Of a stretch of DNA of 64,000 nt, positions 38,762-51,500 are shown one piece after another; the stretch's first letter is position 1, and every line of letters starts with the position of its first letter. The notes under the pieces were generated by a model, which saw only the letters and a program-made list of their open reading frames with translations, did not search any database and was not told the origin of the DNA. The stretch is from Eledone cirrhosa (taxonomy: Eukaryota), in NCBI GenBank assembly GCA_964016885.1, contig OZ024745.1, positions 73,842,001 to 73,906,000 of the forward strand, written 5' to 3'. Both the position numbers and the translations under genes were made by a program.

Positions 38762-39593
38762 CGGGATTAGGGGACCTGACGACATGCCATGATGACGATG
38801 TATGACCCGTGGGGAAATCATAGGTGAACCGGGTGCGCACGTGACCGGGCACACAACATTGGAAGATACACCGCATGGGCCGGGACCGGCTGACACGGGG
38901 CCTACTGCCGCCCGGACCTGTGCACTAAACGTTTAGAACAGCACAACCCAGCCACGGTGCCAAGTCTCATGGCGACCGTGGCGGGCGTCACATTGAATGT
39001 GACTATATACTCTACACCTGTTCCACCTTGGAACAGTAATTGTTAATATTGTTATATCATTGTTCTGTTTCTGTTACCTGTTCTATACACGGACACAAGT
39101 TTGCATCTCATAATACCTGTGTGTAGTATATCGCATGGACGCACGCACCTTCTCCTGTATATCCCCCCCGTTTTTTTCTTTTTTCTTTCTCTTTTTTTTT
39201 TTTTATTATACCCGTTCCTTTATTTTGCCCCTTCTTTTCTAGTACCTATTTATGCAGTTACATACAGATTTTAATGTATCCTAAAATATTGTAAATTTAT
39301 TTATGTATTTTATTTTATTATCATATTGTGTTTATCTTCACGAGTTTTTATGTGTGGACATGTGTGTGGGATATGTGCGTGTGTGTGTGTGAGTAGATGC
39401 GTATGTATGTATATATATATATACGTGGGTGGGTGTCGGGATGTGTGTGTGGGCATGGGTGCGTGTGTGCACGAGCTTATACGCGCCTGTAGGTGCAGAC
39501 GTGTGCATATATATACATATATGGCGGAATGTGGGTGTATGTATGTGTGGGTGTGTGTATATATGTATATGTATGTCTATATATGAGCATGTA

Positions 39594-39656
<63 letters not shown>

Positions 39657-39659
<3 letters not shown>

Positions 39660-39800
39660 GAAGTTCTATTTAAATTGTTGGGATACAACAAGCAAATATT
39701 TTTATAACTGATATAAAGCGCTCAATAAATTATTGGAGTAAAAATACGATATATTAACAAATGGAAACTATATTTATAAAATCATATTTATTTCATTATA
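39657..39800 (-). mobile_element. Terminal-repeat tail of the 37500-37783 family, inverted, between (TA)n tracts
   Basis: Reverse complement of 37640-37783. Confidence 0.8.
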
Positions 39801-39802
39801 CA

Positions 39803-39874
<72 letters not shown>

Positions 39875-40301
39875 CCTATATGTGTATGCGTGAGTGTGTA
39901 CGTATAGCCACGTATGAGCAGGTCTGTGTGTGTACGGGTGGGTAATTGTGCGTATATATATGTGTGTGTCTATGTGTATATATGTGGATGTGGATGTGGG
40001 TGCAGGTGCATGTATTTGCGGGCCTTTATATGTGTGTATATGTATTTGTGTATATGTGTGTATATGTATGTGTTTATGTGCATCTCATAGGAATGTCTGC
40101 GGATGATTATGTAGGGACTATATATATGCTTTTTTTAATTATTACTATTATTCTTGTTGTATTATGTTATCACGTATACTCTATATATATATCCGTATAT
40201 ATCCGTATATGTATGCATGAGTCCGTGTACGTGTGTGTGTGTATGCGTGGGTATGTATTTATATATATGTGTGTATATATGTGTGTGTATATATGTATAA
40301 T

Positions 40302-40365
<64 letters not shown>

Positions 40366-40628
40366 ATATATACCGTCATTATACTGTTTCTATTGCATAA
40401 TGTATTTTTAACTGTTCACTTACAGGTGTGTTTTTATATATGTATATGTGATAGCACTTTTGTGTGTGTAGGAAGACGTGCATGCGTGCAGGTGTATGCA
40501 TGTGGAAACACGTATGCGTATGCATGTGTAGATGTATGTATATCGGCATATGCGTGGGTATTTGTATGTATATATGTGGATGGGCGTACGCATGTTAAGT
40601 TGTCCCTTTTCTTTTGTGTGTATATACG

Positions 40629-40689
<61 letters not shown>

Positions 40690-40697
<8 letters not shown>

Positions 40698-41027
40698 AGA
40701 TCAAAAGATGGTTAAAAGAGTTCCATGTATTTTATTATGCGCATTTCAAAAACAAATATCATCATGCAATAATATTTGTGTTTTCATCAGATAAAATAGG
40801 AAGACATAATATGAAGATTAAAAAAACACTTGTGAATAGTGCAGTTTTAAATCAACATATTATTGCATGATGATATTTGTTTTTGAAATGCGCATAATAA
40901 AATACATGGAACTCTTTTAACCATCTTTTGATCTTATATATTATGTATACTCCAGTCCTACAAACTGTAGAGTGCTTCTTATCCGATATCTGCATTGCTT
41001 TATTGTACTACAATAAAACTCACCTCC

Positions 41028-41031
<4 letters not shown>
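40690..41031. mobile_element. PLE end remnant: inverted terminal repeat plus direct tail, within (TA)n
   Basis: 40690-40775 is the reverse complement of 40858-40943. Confidence 0.75.
40728..40798 (-). ncRNA. Type I hammerhead ribozyme
   Basis: TATTTTAT CTGATGA AAACACAAATATTATT GCAT GATGATATTTGTTTTT GAAA TGCGCA TA ATAAAATA: 8-bp stem I, long stem II, palindromic stem III. Confidence 0.85.
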
Positions 41032-41063
<32 letters not shown>

Positions 41064-41066
<3 letters not shown>

Positions 41067-42482
41067 CGAAGGAAATGTGGTAAGGAACCAGGTGGACCAT
41101 AAACTTTACAAATGCTGTTTTCGACGGACCAACTCCTAAACAAGAAAGATGAACTGGTTACTGCATGTAAACATAGATTGCGTAGGACTTACCTCGCCCT
41201 CAAACCCCATAATGACCCGGGGGGGGGGGGGGGGTAGACTAGGGCTATAACACCCCACTTGCCGATTTTGCAATGGGTAACCCCTGCTTGCCAAGGGAGA
41301 CGTAAGATCTTCTTTGTATTCTTTTATCGCTTCCTTTATTTCCTTCCTTCCCCCCTCTCTCCTTAGTCCTTCTACCCCAGCTCTTCTCCTTTGTCGGCGT
41401 CTTTTCTCGCCCACCCGAGGCTGCCCTTGGCCCCTTGTAGCCTTAGTACCCCCACCCCCTCCCCTAGTCTAGGATAGATTTGGCGGACTCCACCCTTTAT
41501 AGCAGTTGGTTTAGACCCCGGATACTTGTCCCCTTTTTCCGACCGCTCCCACTATTCTCTGTGCCCTCTATATTTCTTAGTGGCACTTATGCCTTATTTT
41601 TTCGTTTCAGTATTTCTTTCTTCGCTTTTCTTTTGGGCGGGGTGGATTCTGAATTTATTCTTCCGTATTCTACCTTTACTTCGTACGAACTTTCATGTAG
41701 CTTGTTTTAGATCTTTTAGAGTTAGCATTAGTATATATTTTTCTCGGGACTCAGAATTATTATCTCGTATTAGTTCACTTTGCTGCACTGGGTGGTTGCT
41801 GGAATTGTGCCCGGGATGGAAAACTTTATTGTTTATTTCGTGGTAGTCTCTTTAGTATTTTGGCCCCTTTTGTTGACCCGTCACCGTATCATTTACGTAC
41901 TTATACCTCTTAAAAGGGTCCTCGCCTATACCGTCCCACCTAGTTCTTTTACTTATTTCGTTATTTCTTTATTTCTTTCTTTACTTCTTTCTTTCTTTAT
42001 TTATTTATTTATTCTAGCCTAACAATAGCTAGAGACCTAGGTCGTAGAATTTAATTTACTTTACTTTTTTCTTTACACTCATTTGTTTTTCTTTACACTT
42101 ATTTGCTTTTCTTCACTCTCAGTATTTTTTCTTTCCTATATATTTCTACCCCCCCATTGTTCTACCTACCGTTCCGACTTCCTCCCCCTCCCCCTCCCCT
42201 GTATCTTCTTTGACCTCATGCCCAGCTGTAGCTGGCACTACAAACGCTTGATTGGGGCTACTCCACCCCCTCCCCTCTTTCTCCTACTGGCAAGTTTAGC
42301 CACCATCTCCCCTACTAATTTGCAACCACAGAATTACTACTGATTTTTGACAATCACTTTGACCATATATGGAATTACCCCTTGAGAAGATCGGCTATTT
42401 AAATACCAGGATAAATTTTCATTTAGTCCAGAATTAGCCGTCGAAACGGCTTGAGCTCAGCTGTCGGGGTCTTACTGGTTCC
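41064..42482 (+). mobile_element. 5'-truncated Penelope-like element
   Basis: 41064-41101 is an inverted copy of the family 3' end (compare 44178-44215); then QLLNKKDELVTACKH (GIY-YIG C-terminus), a 1.2-kb UTR, a hammerhead, and (TA)n on both sides. Confidence 0.8.
42377..42470 (+). ncRNA. Type I hammerhead ribozyme with U3-A8 core
   Basis: ACCCC TTGAGAA GA(T)CGGCTATTT...AATTAGCCGTC GAAA CGGC TTGAGCTCA GCTG TC GGGGT; GUC triplet. Confidence 0.8.
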
Positions 42483-43390
42483 TATATATATATATATATA
42501 AATGTGTGTGTGTGTGTACGTGTGTGTATCTACGTATGTGTATTCGTATGTATGTGTGGACATGTGTGAGTATACATTTACGTATATACGTGTGTGTATG
42601 TATGTATGTGTGTATGTATATATGTGTGTGTATGAGTGTGTATATATATATATATATATATTTAAATGTATAGAAGGTTGCGCGAATGTGTATGTGCGCG
42701 CGTATGTATGTTTATATGTGTACGTTTGAGTAGGATATGCTTTTCCTAAGTGATACAGAGCGCCACGTAAACAACCGTCAGAAGGCTTGTGCCGATATAT
42801 ATCAACAAGTGGGTGTGACTGGGTCCGTGGAAGTGAGGGAGAGATGGTATGTGAGTTTATATACTGCGATGTATGTATGTGTCTGTGCATGTAGGCGTAC
42901 AAGTGTGTATGCGTAGATAGGTATGTGTCTGCATGTGTGTGTGATTTTATGTGTGTATTCTAGTACGTGTGGGTGCTTAATCTGAAGTGTGAGCAGACGT
43001 GTGAAGTACTGAACCCAGCATGACTCCATTGAAATGTCTCGGACGGAAAATGGTTGATGAACCGTGTGGCAGCAGATACTGGCCAGAATTTGTGATGACG
43101 TGGAGTAAAAACAGCCAATGGCATGACAAGAGTGGAATTAGGGTTTATTGAGGGTGTTTTTTCCAGTGATAACATTTTCTCCGGACGTAACACCCGTCTC
43201 TGAAAGAACCCGCAGAAGTAGATTCAGCCAGATCCATACAAGGACCATGACTCGAGCTACATGCCGGCGAAACATTTGTGACACGAAATAAACTAAGTCC
43301 AGATGCATCACTGATTTTTCGTTTCCTTTATAATATCTACACTCTACCCTGATGAATATCGAGTGCTAATTTTGGCATACCGCCTATGGA

Positions 43391-43454
<64 letters not shown>

Positions 43455-43461
<7 letters not shown>

Positions 43462-43970
43462 TAGTATATTTGGCAATATACCGTATGTTTAATTAAAAAT
43501 ATTTTGAACACCTTACGCTATCATTTTTAAAGTAGTGACTATGTAACTTACTTCTTTTCGGCGAAAGAAGGCAGAGAAACTAACAGTCTGTTTTCATGCT
43601 GTTGGCAATCATCAGAGCTACGTACTGCCTTCTTCCGCCGAAAATTATAGAAGCTGGATTCTTATAGAATTCCAGTAATTATACTATGCATACATTCATG
43701 TATACATCGCTATTTCAGAGCACCAATCCAATTAATTTTTGCTGGACCGGCAATCGTTCTGTATAATCAGCTTCTATAATTTTCGTCGGAAGAGGGCAGT
43801 ACGTAGCTCTGATGATTGCCAACAGCATGAAAACAGACTGTTAGCTTCTCTGCCTTCTTTCGCCGAAAAGAAGTAAGTGACATAGCGTATGGTCTTCAAA
43901 GTGTTTTTAATTAAACATACGGTATATTACCAAATATACTATGCATACATTGCTATTTCAGAGCACCAAT
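43455..43970. mobile_element. Foldback remnant of the 21790/61803 terminal-repeat family
   Basis: 43457-43655 is inverted relative to 43768-43945; follows a long (TA)n. Confidence 0.7.
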
Positions 43971-43984
43971 CCTAATACTCCCCC

Positions 43985-44039
<55 letters not shown>

Positions 44040-44041
<2 letters not shown>

Positions 44042-44212
44042 AACCAGTAAGACCCCGACAGCTGAGCTCAAGCCGTTTCGACGGCTAATTCTGGACTGAG
44101 CTTGAGCTCAGCTGTCGGGGTCTTACTGGTTCCTATTACCCACTCTACTACCTCAAGTATTGAGTACTTTGGTGCGTTATGGTCCACCTGGTTCCTTACC
44201 ACATTTCCTTCG

Positions 44213-44215
<3 letters not shown>
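44040..44215. mobile_element. PLE end remnant of the 42377 family: inverted plus direct terminal repeat within (TA)n
   Basis: 44040-44097 is the reverse complement of 42425-42482; 44100-44215 is the direct 3' tail. Confidence 0.8.
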
Positions 44216-44267
<52 letters not shown>

Positions 44268-44269
44268 TT

Positions 44270-44454
44270 GTTTCACAGAGGCCTGGCTGGAGGCACAGCC
44301 ACCCGAGTTCGTTTTACGGGGCGTAGAAAAACTGAAGGACCGTTGCAATGAGTGTGTGAATCTGAGACGGGAATACGTTGAATAAACCCATGATTATCTG
44401 ATACTCCTGTATTTTCTTTTACCAAAAGCCAGGGACTTTTCAGCAGGCCCTCGT
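44270..44454 (+). mobile_element. Mariner 3' end
   Basis: EAWLEAQPPEFVLRGVEKLKDRCNECVNLRREYVE* then TIR GACTTTTCAGCAGGCCCTCGT. Confidence 0.85.
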
Positions 44455-45518
44455 GTGTGTGTGAGTGCGTGTATGTTTATATACGCATGTATGTAAACGT
44501 GTATATATATAACGGTTTTCTTTAAAACATGTTTCGACAGCCTATGCATTATTGTGGACACAGCATGGCCATATGGTTACGAAGTTCGTTGCACAAATAT
44601 TTATTCCGGCTTTAATCCCATCGCGCGGCATCTTGAGCAAGATTATTTACCCAGAACCTCAGATCAATCCAATCTTTGTAAGTACATTACACATCTACGA
44701 TCGTTTCAACGCGGTTAGAGCTTCTCATCTATTGTTGAGAAAATGCTCGTCGGAATGAATACATATGAAAAATATTTTAAATGAACCGGACTTATTATGT
44801 AATGTTTTCTTTAAAACCTGATTAGAAAAATGATAGGTAAATGTCTAAATATGCTTTCAGTGATATATATCTCGGGGAAAATGTGTTGACTGAATTAATT
44901 CAATCTTACTTCACATTTGCACGAGTTCTTTAACTAATAAAATATTTTCTAAACATTTTCAAATCTTTCTACGATAAGAAGTTTTAAAAAAAATAATAAG
45001 CACTACAATTTTATCTCATAAAAACATCCTTTCTAACAACTCCTTCTGTAACCAATTAACAGCTTTAACGTATTTTTAACATATTTGTGGAAAAATACTG
45101 ATAAGTGTTTATTTTTGCATGTCTAAAAATATACACCAGCTTACTCTTTTGCATTTATGAATTCCATTTGAATGAACATTACTTTGAATCCTGTATTATT
45201 CTTGATAATTTGTCTCAGTATATTAATCAATTTGTTATTTTTTAAATATATTTCCTGAAGAGATACGGTTTTGTGTATAGCATCTATAATGGAGTAACTT
45301 TACTGATAATATCTGGGTTTTTCTCTCCCCAATTGATGAGATACTCTAGCCGCGTTGAAACAACCGTAGATGTATAAATAAATAAATAATAATAGTCATT
45401 GGTATTATTGAATTTTGATTTATAAATGCTCTGTTCGCTCCTGAATAACGAAGGGTAAAAATGTGTATTGAACTTACCTCATCTTACAAATGAAAATATT
45501 GAACTGTTACATTATAAC

Positions 45519-45629
<111 letters not shown>

Positions 45630-45805
45630 GTGTGTGTGTATATATATATAAAAGATACAAAGCTTTTTCAGCTTTTGTTTACAAACAGCGGAGAATTTGA
45701 AATTAGATAGTGAAAATAGTGCCACCGTTGTATTTTTGACTAAATAAATTAGCCTAATAATTTGGAGTTATAAAAACTCACACAAATGGAAATATGAATG
45801 AACAT

Positions 45806-45875
45806 TGACGTACATGGGGCACAAACCCCATCTCTGGCTACCACGGCCATTGTGTCACCATTACACCAATACGCC
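45806..45875 (-). pseudogene. tRNA-like cloverleaf (TGG at the anticodon position), probably a SINE head or pseudo-tRNA
   Basis: Acceptor GGCGTAT/GTACGTC, D arm GTGT/ACAC, TGGC-CGTGGTA-GCCA, T arm TGGGG/CCCCA with mutated loop. Confidence 0.55.
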
Positions 45876-45902
45876 ACTCACACAAATTTCCATTAAATTT
45901 GA

Positions 45903-46091
45903 AGGGCAGTGAATTGGCAGTATCGGTAGAGAGTTGGACGCCATGCTTTCTAGCATAGTTACGGCCCTTTATGGTCTGAGTTCAAATCTCGTCGAGGTTA
46001 ACTTTGACTTTCATCCTTACGGGGTCGAGAAAATAAAGTACCAGTAATGCACTGGGTAGGTGCTGGCCTTGTGCCAAAAGTAGAAACAATA
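45903..46091 (+). mobile_element. SINE family A
   Basis: Full-length match to family A. Confidence 0.9.
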
Positions 46092-46339
46092 AATTTGAAG
46101 CTATATAATCATAGCGTATGAATACATATATATAAGATACAAAGCTTTTTCAGCTTTTGTTTACGAATAGCGGAGAATATGAAATTAGATAGTGAAAATA
46201 GTGCCATGGTAGCCAGAGTTGTGGGTTCGTGTCGCATGTACACCAATGCTCATTCATCTCTCAATTTCTGTGGGTTTTTATTAACTCCAAATTATTAGTC
46301 TGATTTACTTAGTCAAAAATACAACATACGTAAATGGTA

Positions 46340-47650
46340 GAGATGAACAAATCGAAACTTTTATTTCAATCATTTTTACAGCGAGCTGTAAAGCAAAGGA
46401 CATTAGATGTTTCAAGCAATTGAACGACGGAGTGGTAGCTGCTCCGTGACAGAGGTGCAAGAAACTGTAGAACCTATAATCTGGCAAAATGATTCTATTG
46501 TGCAACTGTTTCAAGTCCATACAACTATAAAGAAGACATTTATTTCAGCTTGACCATGCATGACATCGTGGTTCACGAATGGAATTTCTTCAACCTAAAT
46601 AATTGTTTCTACTTTTAGCACAAGGCCAGCAATTACCTCAGTGCATTACTGGTACTTTATTTTATCGACCCCGTAAGGATGAAAGGCAAAATTAACCTCG
46701 GCGGGATTTGAACTCAGACCGTAAAGGTCCGCAACTCTATGCTGCTAAGCATAGCATCCGACCCTCTACCGATACTGCCAATCCACCACCCTTCAACCTT
46801 ACAGTACTTATTGTTCGAGCGAAAAGAAAACTGACAAGACAATATAGAACTAGTAAATCCTTATTGTCTCAAGCCTTTATTAATTCTTGTAAGATGGGGA
46901 AGAGATATATCATGTTTATGACATATGTCATAAACAAATCATATGAAGTGTGATGATAAATAATAAATAATTGTTTCTACTTTTGGCACACGGCCAGCAA
47001 TTACTGGTACTTTATTTTATCGACCCCATAAGGATGAAAGGCAAAGTTAACTTCGGCGGGATTTGAACTCAGAATGTAATTAACTAAGTTATAATGTATA
47101 CTGTAATCAGATAACTAATTAAATTTCATGTAGTGGTTGAATGTAAATGTTCTCATTTTACGTTGTAATCTTTCAATGGAAACAAAACTAGACATCGCCA
47201 CGTTATTGTACAGCAACTGTAATTCTATGACCAATTCTAAACAAGTAGCTCCCTCTACAGTTACATGACATTACCTTTCCACATCAACATGATATACTGT
47301 TTTAGTTACTAATGGCTGACACAAACGTGATAACGATGTTCATTTACTCGAAATAATTACTAAAAAAAAACACGTGCAGAGTATATAATTTTTATCTTTA
47401 CGTAGCATTCTTATTAACTATGTACCCTATCTTTCGAAAATGATCATTTTCATTTCTTTTTCGTGGGCAATGTGAGCATTGGAAGTCTTAATTAAATAAT
47501 AATGTTTTTCATCATGTGATATTGATTGCAAATTCAACTGCTTGCAAGTTTTATTTAATTTATCAATTAATTATTATTCATGAGCTGAGAGTTACATAAA
47601 TGGTTAAAATTCTTACATCAAAAAGAATTTAACACATCCTGTGAAACATG
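46340..47650 (+). repeat. Segmental duplication, copy 1 (copy 2 at 52800-53990)
   Basis: Collinear sequence including the same minus-strand SINE (46598-46790 and 53058-53240); copy 1 has an extra SINE fragment at 46970-47075. Confidence 0.9.
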
Positions 47651-47789
47651 CACAACATATTCACAGTTACAAAACTGATGTTTCCGTTATTGATTATGTA
47701 GAGTATGTGCAATGTGAGTTGTGTTATTTTGTTGAGTGGTGATGTGATCGTATTTCGTACATTTTCTTTTAATATATACGGATACATGT

Positions 47790-50700
47790 AAGAAGTAAAC
47801 AGACACCAAGATTGTATTTAGAAATTTAGAGAACATAATACATTAAGAACTATGAAGGTGTAACTTTTTTGATATTCCTTTAGCTGCCTTAAGATCAGCA
47901 ACTTATATAGATACAGAATTAATGATTCCTGAAATTGTAGCTTCAGATATTTCTGACCATGTTTGAGATACTTTATTTAAATAAAGTTGTATTAACAACA
48001 CATGTTAACCCAAACCTAGCTAACAGGTAAGGGGAATTTTGAAGGATGATGATGAGTTATTGGATTCAACCTAGATAGGTGATTGTGAACAGTCTATGGT
48101 TTACAGGTTTTGTGAGTTGTGAAGTTTGCGCTGTATTATTGGGAGGAAATTACGTAGTATATGAGCTGTGTTAGGTATTGGTGTATGGATAGGGTGTCGA
48201 TTGTGTAAGAATGTGTGTTGAATTATTTTATTGGATAGAGATTGTGGGTGCTGGTCGTTATAGGTTATTGAATGGGTATTGTGCAGCGTATGTGTTGTCT
48301 ATCTCATTAAGTGTCCAAGTATCATTTGAGGGAGGCATGCAGAAAATACATGGTGTGGAATTGAAGGTATTTGTGTATGATGGGGCCTGGCCTAGCAGGG
48401 TTACTTTATACTGTATTTAAAGAAGTAAGCAATGGTATAGATTTTATACTTTTGTTCATGTGTTTCTTTATCATACTTTGGGCATGAATAATTATTAATA
48501 CTGGTTTTACTTTCATACACAACAGCATCGTACTTTGAGTTTTTCTCGGCCTGCTCCCAAGAAATCTTTTGGTCAGTTGTTTTTGTTTACCAGAGTACTA
48601 AGATTTTTTTGTTGATGTTTTGATAATAACATCTAAACGGTTTACATTGATTCTCTTTGACACACTGGACAGACATATCCCAAATTATTGTAGTCAGATT
48701 GTAGCCATGTATGGTGTTACATACGCTTACCACTTCTCAATTTTCCACTCGAAATGTCGGCATATTGTTTGTCATTGTTGATGACTCGATCGTATGTGTG
48801 GATATATTCCGATTTTGCAAGGATTGAGCAGCCAGAAATAGCGAGATAGTTGTCTTGTTAGATTTATTGTATTTTCCGCAAATCATATTTGCCCTTTTTC
48901 ATTATTTTGTTTTTATAGCTTTTTGTATTTATTTTATGTGTGCCTTGACATCAATCTTTTCCTGCTAAAATCCAGCCATCTGCTTTTATTCAGGAGGTTT
49001 CATTCTGGCATATTTCCTCTTCTTCGAATTTTGCTTAGTATTGGCCATGGAATGTTAATTTTTTCAGTATATTTGATATTAGATGTTAATCTTTCTTTGG
49101 AAAGTTTTACATTTTTTTCCCCTTTTTGTCCTTATATAAATATTTTTTCTCCGTTGTTGTTAGCTTATAGTTAGTAGTTTATTTATTGCTTTTTAATGTA
49201 TAGAAAATGTCTGTTGTTTCACCATGTTCTCATATTACACTAATCAATTTGTATGCTTTTAACTATATTTCTAGTCTTTCTGTTGTCACTTTATCGTAGA
49301 TTTCGTTTCTTTTATCACCCTTGTAAAGCCTTTATGTATCTATTAGTACTTTTAGTTTGCTTCCATTTTTTGTGAGCTCTTCAATATATTTAACTTCCAA
49401 TTTATTATGTTTAAGCTATAGTTCTAAGCTAACAGCATTATTTTATATATATCATCTTATTTCTAGCATTTAGTTAGTTTTTAATATTAGTATGACTATT
49501 CTATAGTAATCTTTTCTATTTTTTCCTCATTCCCGTGTTGTAGCCTATCGATTCCATTTACTCAGTGTCTAGATCTACAGTATTATTTTCAATGTTAGTC
49601 AAAGTGTCTGTTCTATAGTAGCTTTCGTACATTTGCCTAGTCCCATACTCAGTATTATTTATACCCTGCTTGAATTAATAAATATTTGTAGTAGTTTCCC
49701 CAACTAACTATTGTCAATTGTAAATAGTTTTACGTCGACCAAATAGATGAGATGGTTTCTAATTTGTCTGGAGTATTTATAGCCACTAGTATTTTGATTT
49801 CAATAGATATGTTAATGAAATTCCTCTTCTTAGTTTCGTAACTCCTGATATACGGCATTTCTAGGGCATTTTTCCTAATCCGGTGGAGCCCATACCCTTT
49901 TCAGGTGTGAAAACAGCAGATTTCGTCCAGAGAAGGATGGGGTGTGAGGGAGAACGGATATAAGAAAGAGATATAGAGGAAGAATAAACCCCAATATTTG
50001 ACTGGTCCTTTTTATCGACCTGGAATGGATGAAAGTCAAAGTTGACCTCACAGAGATTTGAACCCAGAACGCAGAAAGCCGCAAAGAATATCATAAAGCA
50101 TTCTATCCGACGTTCTAGCGACTCAGCTAATTCACCGCCTCGTTAATGAGATTACAATTAGGGAAAAAAGTAGAAGGGAAATATATTTATTGAAACATTT
50201 CTTTTCTTATGAGTATAGAGTTAGTTCAAATTATCTTCTCCTTGCCTTGTAGTATTATATTTGATTTCCATTTTGACATAGCATTTGACATACACTTGTT
50301 AATATTGGTGTTGTTTTATTCATATGATCTGTGTCCAATATCTAAGATTGTGTAATGCTACCAAATGCTTTTTTTGGCAATCAATCCATGACTTGCTAAG
50401 GTTTTTATCCTGTTTTTGCTATCACCGATAATTACATTTTCAACCATACATTCCTGTCTAGCAGCATATATAATCCCAGAGTAAGACGCCAGGTTTTAGT
50501 AGAGTGAAGGTGTAATGGATTTAGTAGATTATTAGCAAACAAGTCTCTAAGGTTTTGCTTCTGGTAATCAAGATTGCTTTCCCTTCTATCAACCACCCAG
50601 GTGTTGACGCTGGTAAACTGACCAATTCATAAAATTCTGATACACGAGATTCAAGAGTAGATGTTAGGTTTTTTTTCGGTCAGAAAGTTTTGACTTTATC

Positions 50701-51500
50701 AATCCAAGGTTGCTTTCTAGCTACTTCAAGATTTTAACGTGTTGTTACATTACATGCTCGCTATAGTAGGTTATGTTTGTGTTGCTATTGTATTTGTTAT
50801 CGTATTTTCTTATATCCCTTGTGCTTTTTTATTGTTCTGACTATGTTTTTTTTATATTCCCCGAAATATCTTTGAACTTAGGTTGACGTGTGTGCTATTG
50901 TTTTTATATTTGCTTGCAAATACTTGTTTATCCTGGAAGAAGCGCTCACATTTTCTAATCCTCTTACACTGCATGCTTTCACTCATGTGATTTATTATAC
51001 CTTTTATTCTATCTTCAATGTGTCTTCTATTTTAATATTATATTTCAATATTTGGTATGTTTTCTTTTCATATTTAACTTTTTATTTTTCATTTCATTTA
51101 ATAGAAATAGATCTTTCCGTTATATTCATATATATATATATATATCAGTGTTACATAACTTATTTCCTTTACCCCTTTTTTGTTAGGTTTGACTAAGAAG
51201 GGTCCGACTCTGCAAGGATCAAGGATGATTTCCCTAGATAATCCCACTGCTATTATTAGATCATTCACATACAGAATTTGTTGCAGGACTTTGTTAGAAA
51301 TGTCTATGCCTTTGTGGAGCTATACTTAGGTAAGAGTTTCTGTTGATCTACGGTCATCGATTTTATTATAATGTCTGCTGTTTGGTTCTCTATACTCTTC
51401 ATTTTGGTAATCTTTTGGAATTTATATTTTTACTAAGTTTGCTAGTAGGTGTGCTCTCTAGGGAATATCTTTGTTGTAGGTGGCTGAAATAAAAAGGTAG
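47790..51500 (-). mobile_element. Old, heavily degraded R4/Dong-like LINE with a SINE inserted at about 49990-50140
   Basis: Ordered relic motifs on the minus strand: SWID..KAFGS (about 50380), NHLIYLVDVKLF (about 49740), MGLGKC (about 49635), CPVCQRE (about 48660); ends uncertain. Confidence 0.6.

Larger units (their letters stand above)
37995..39330 (+). mobile_element. 5'-truncated Penelope-like element with an inverted terminal repeat at its 5' end
   Basis: GIY-YIG frame from about 38282 to 38761, preceded by a minus-strand hammerhead; short palindrome CGCCATTTTGTT/AACAAAATGGCG at the junction. Confidence 0.75.

Noticed and set aside
38770-38835. CTGACGA ... GAAA downstream of the GIY-YIG ORF
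   Set aside because: Stem II does not close next to GAAA, there is no NUH site and no stem I
43194-43286. Possible decayed hammerhead CTGAAAGA ... GAAACATTTGTG
   Set aside because: Core, stem II and cleavage site all deviate; too weak to call despite the nearby ACTC/GAGTG hairpin
46305-46520. Duplicated MDLKQL ORF (also 52772-52978)
   Set aside because: Similarity is explained by the DNA duplication; no domain or splice support
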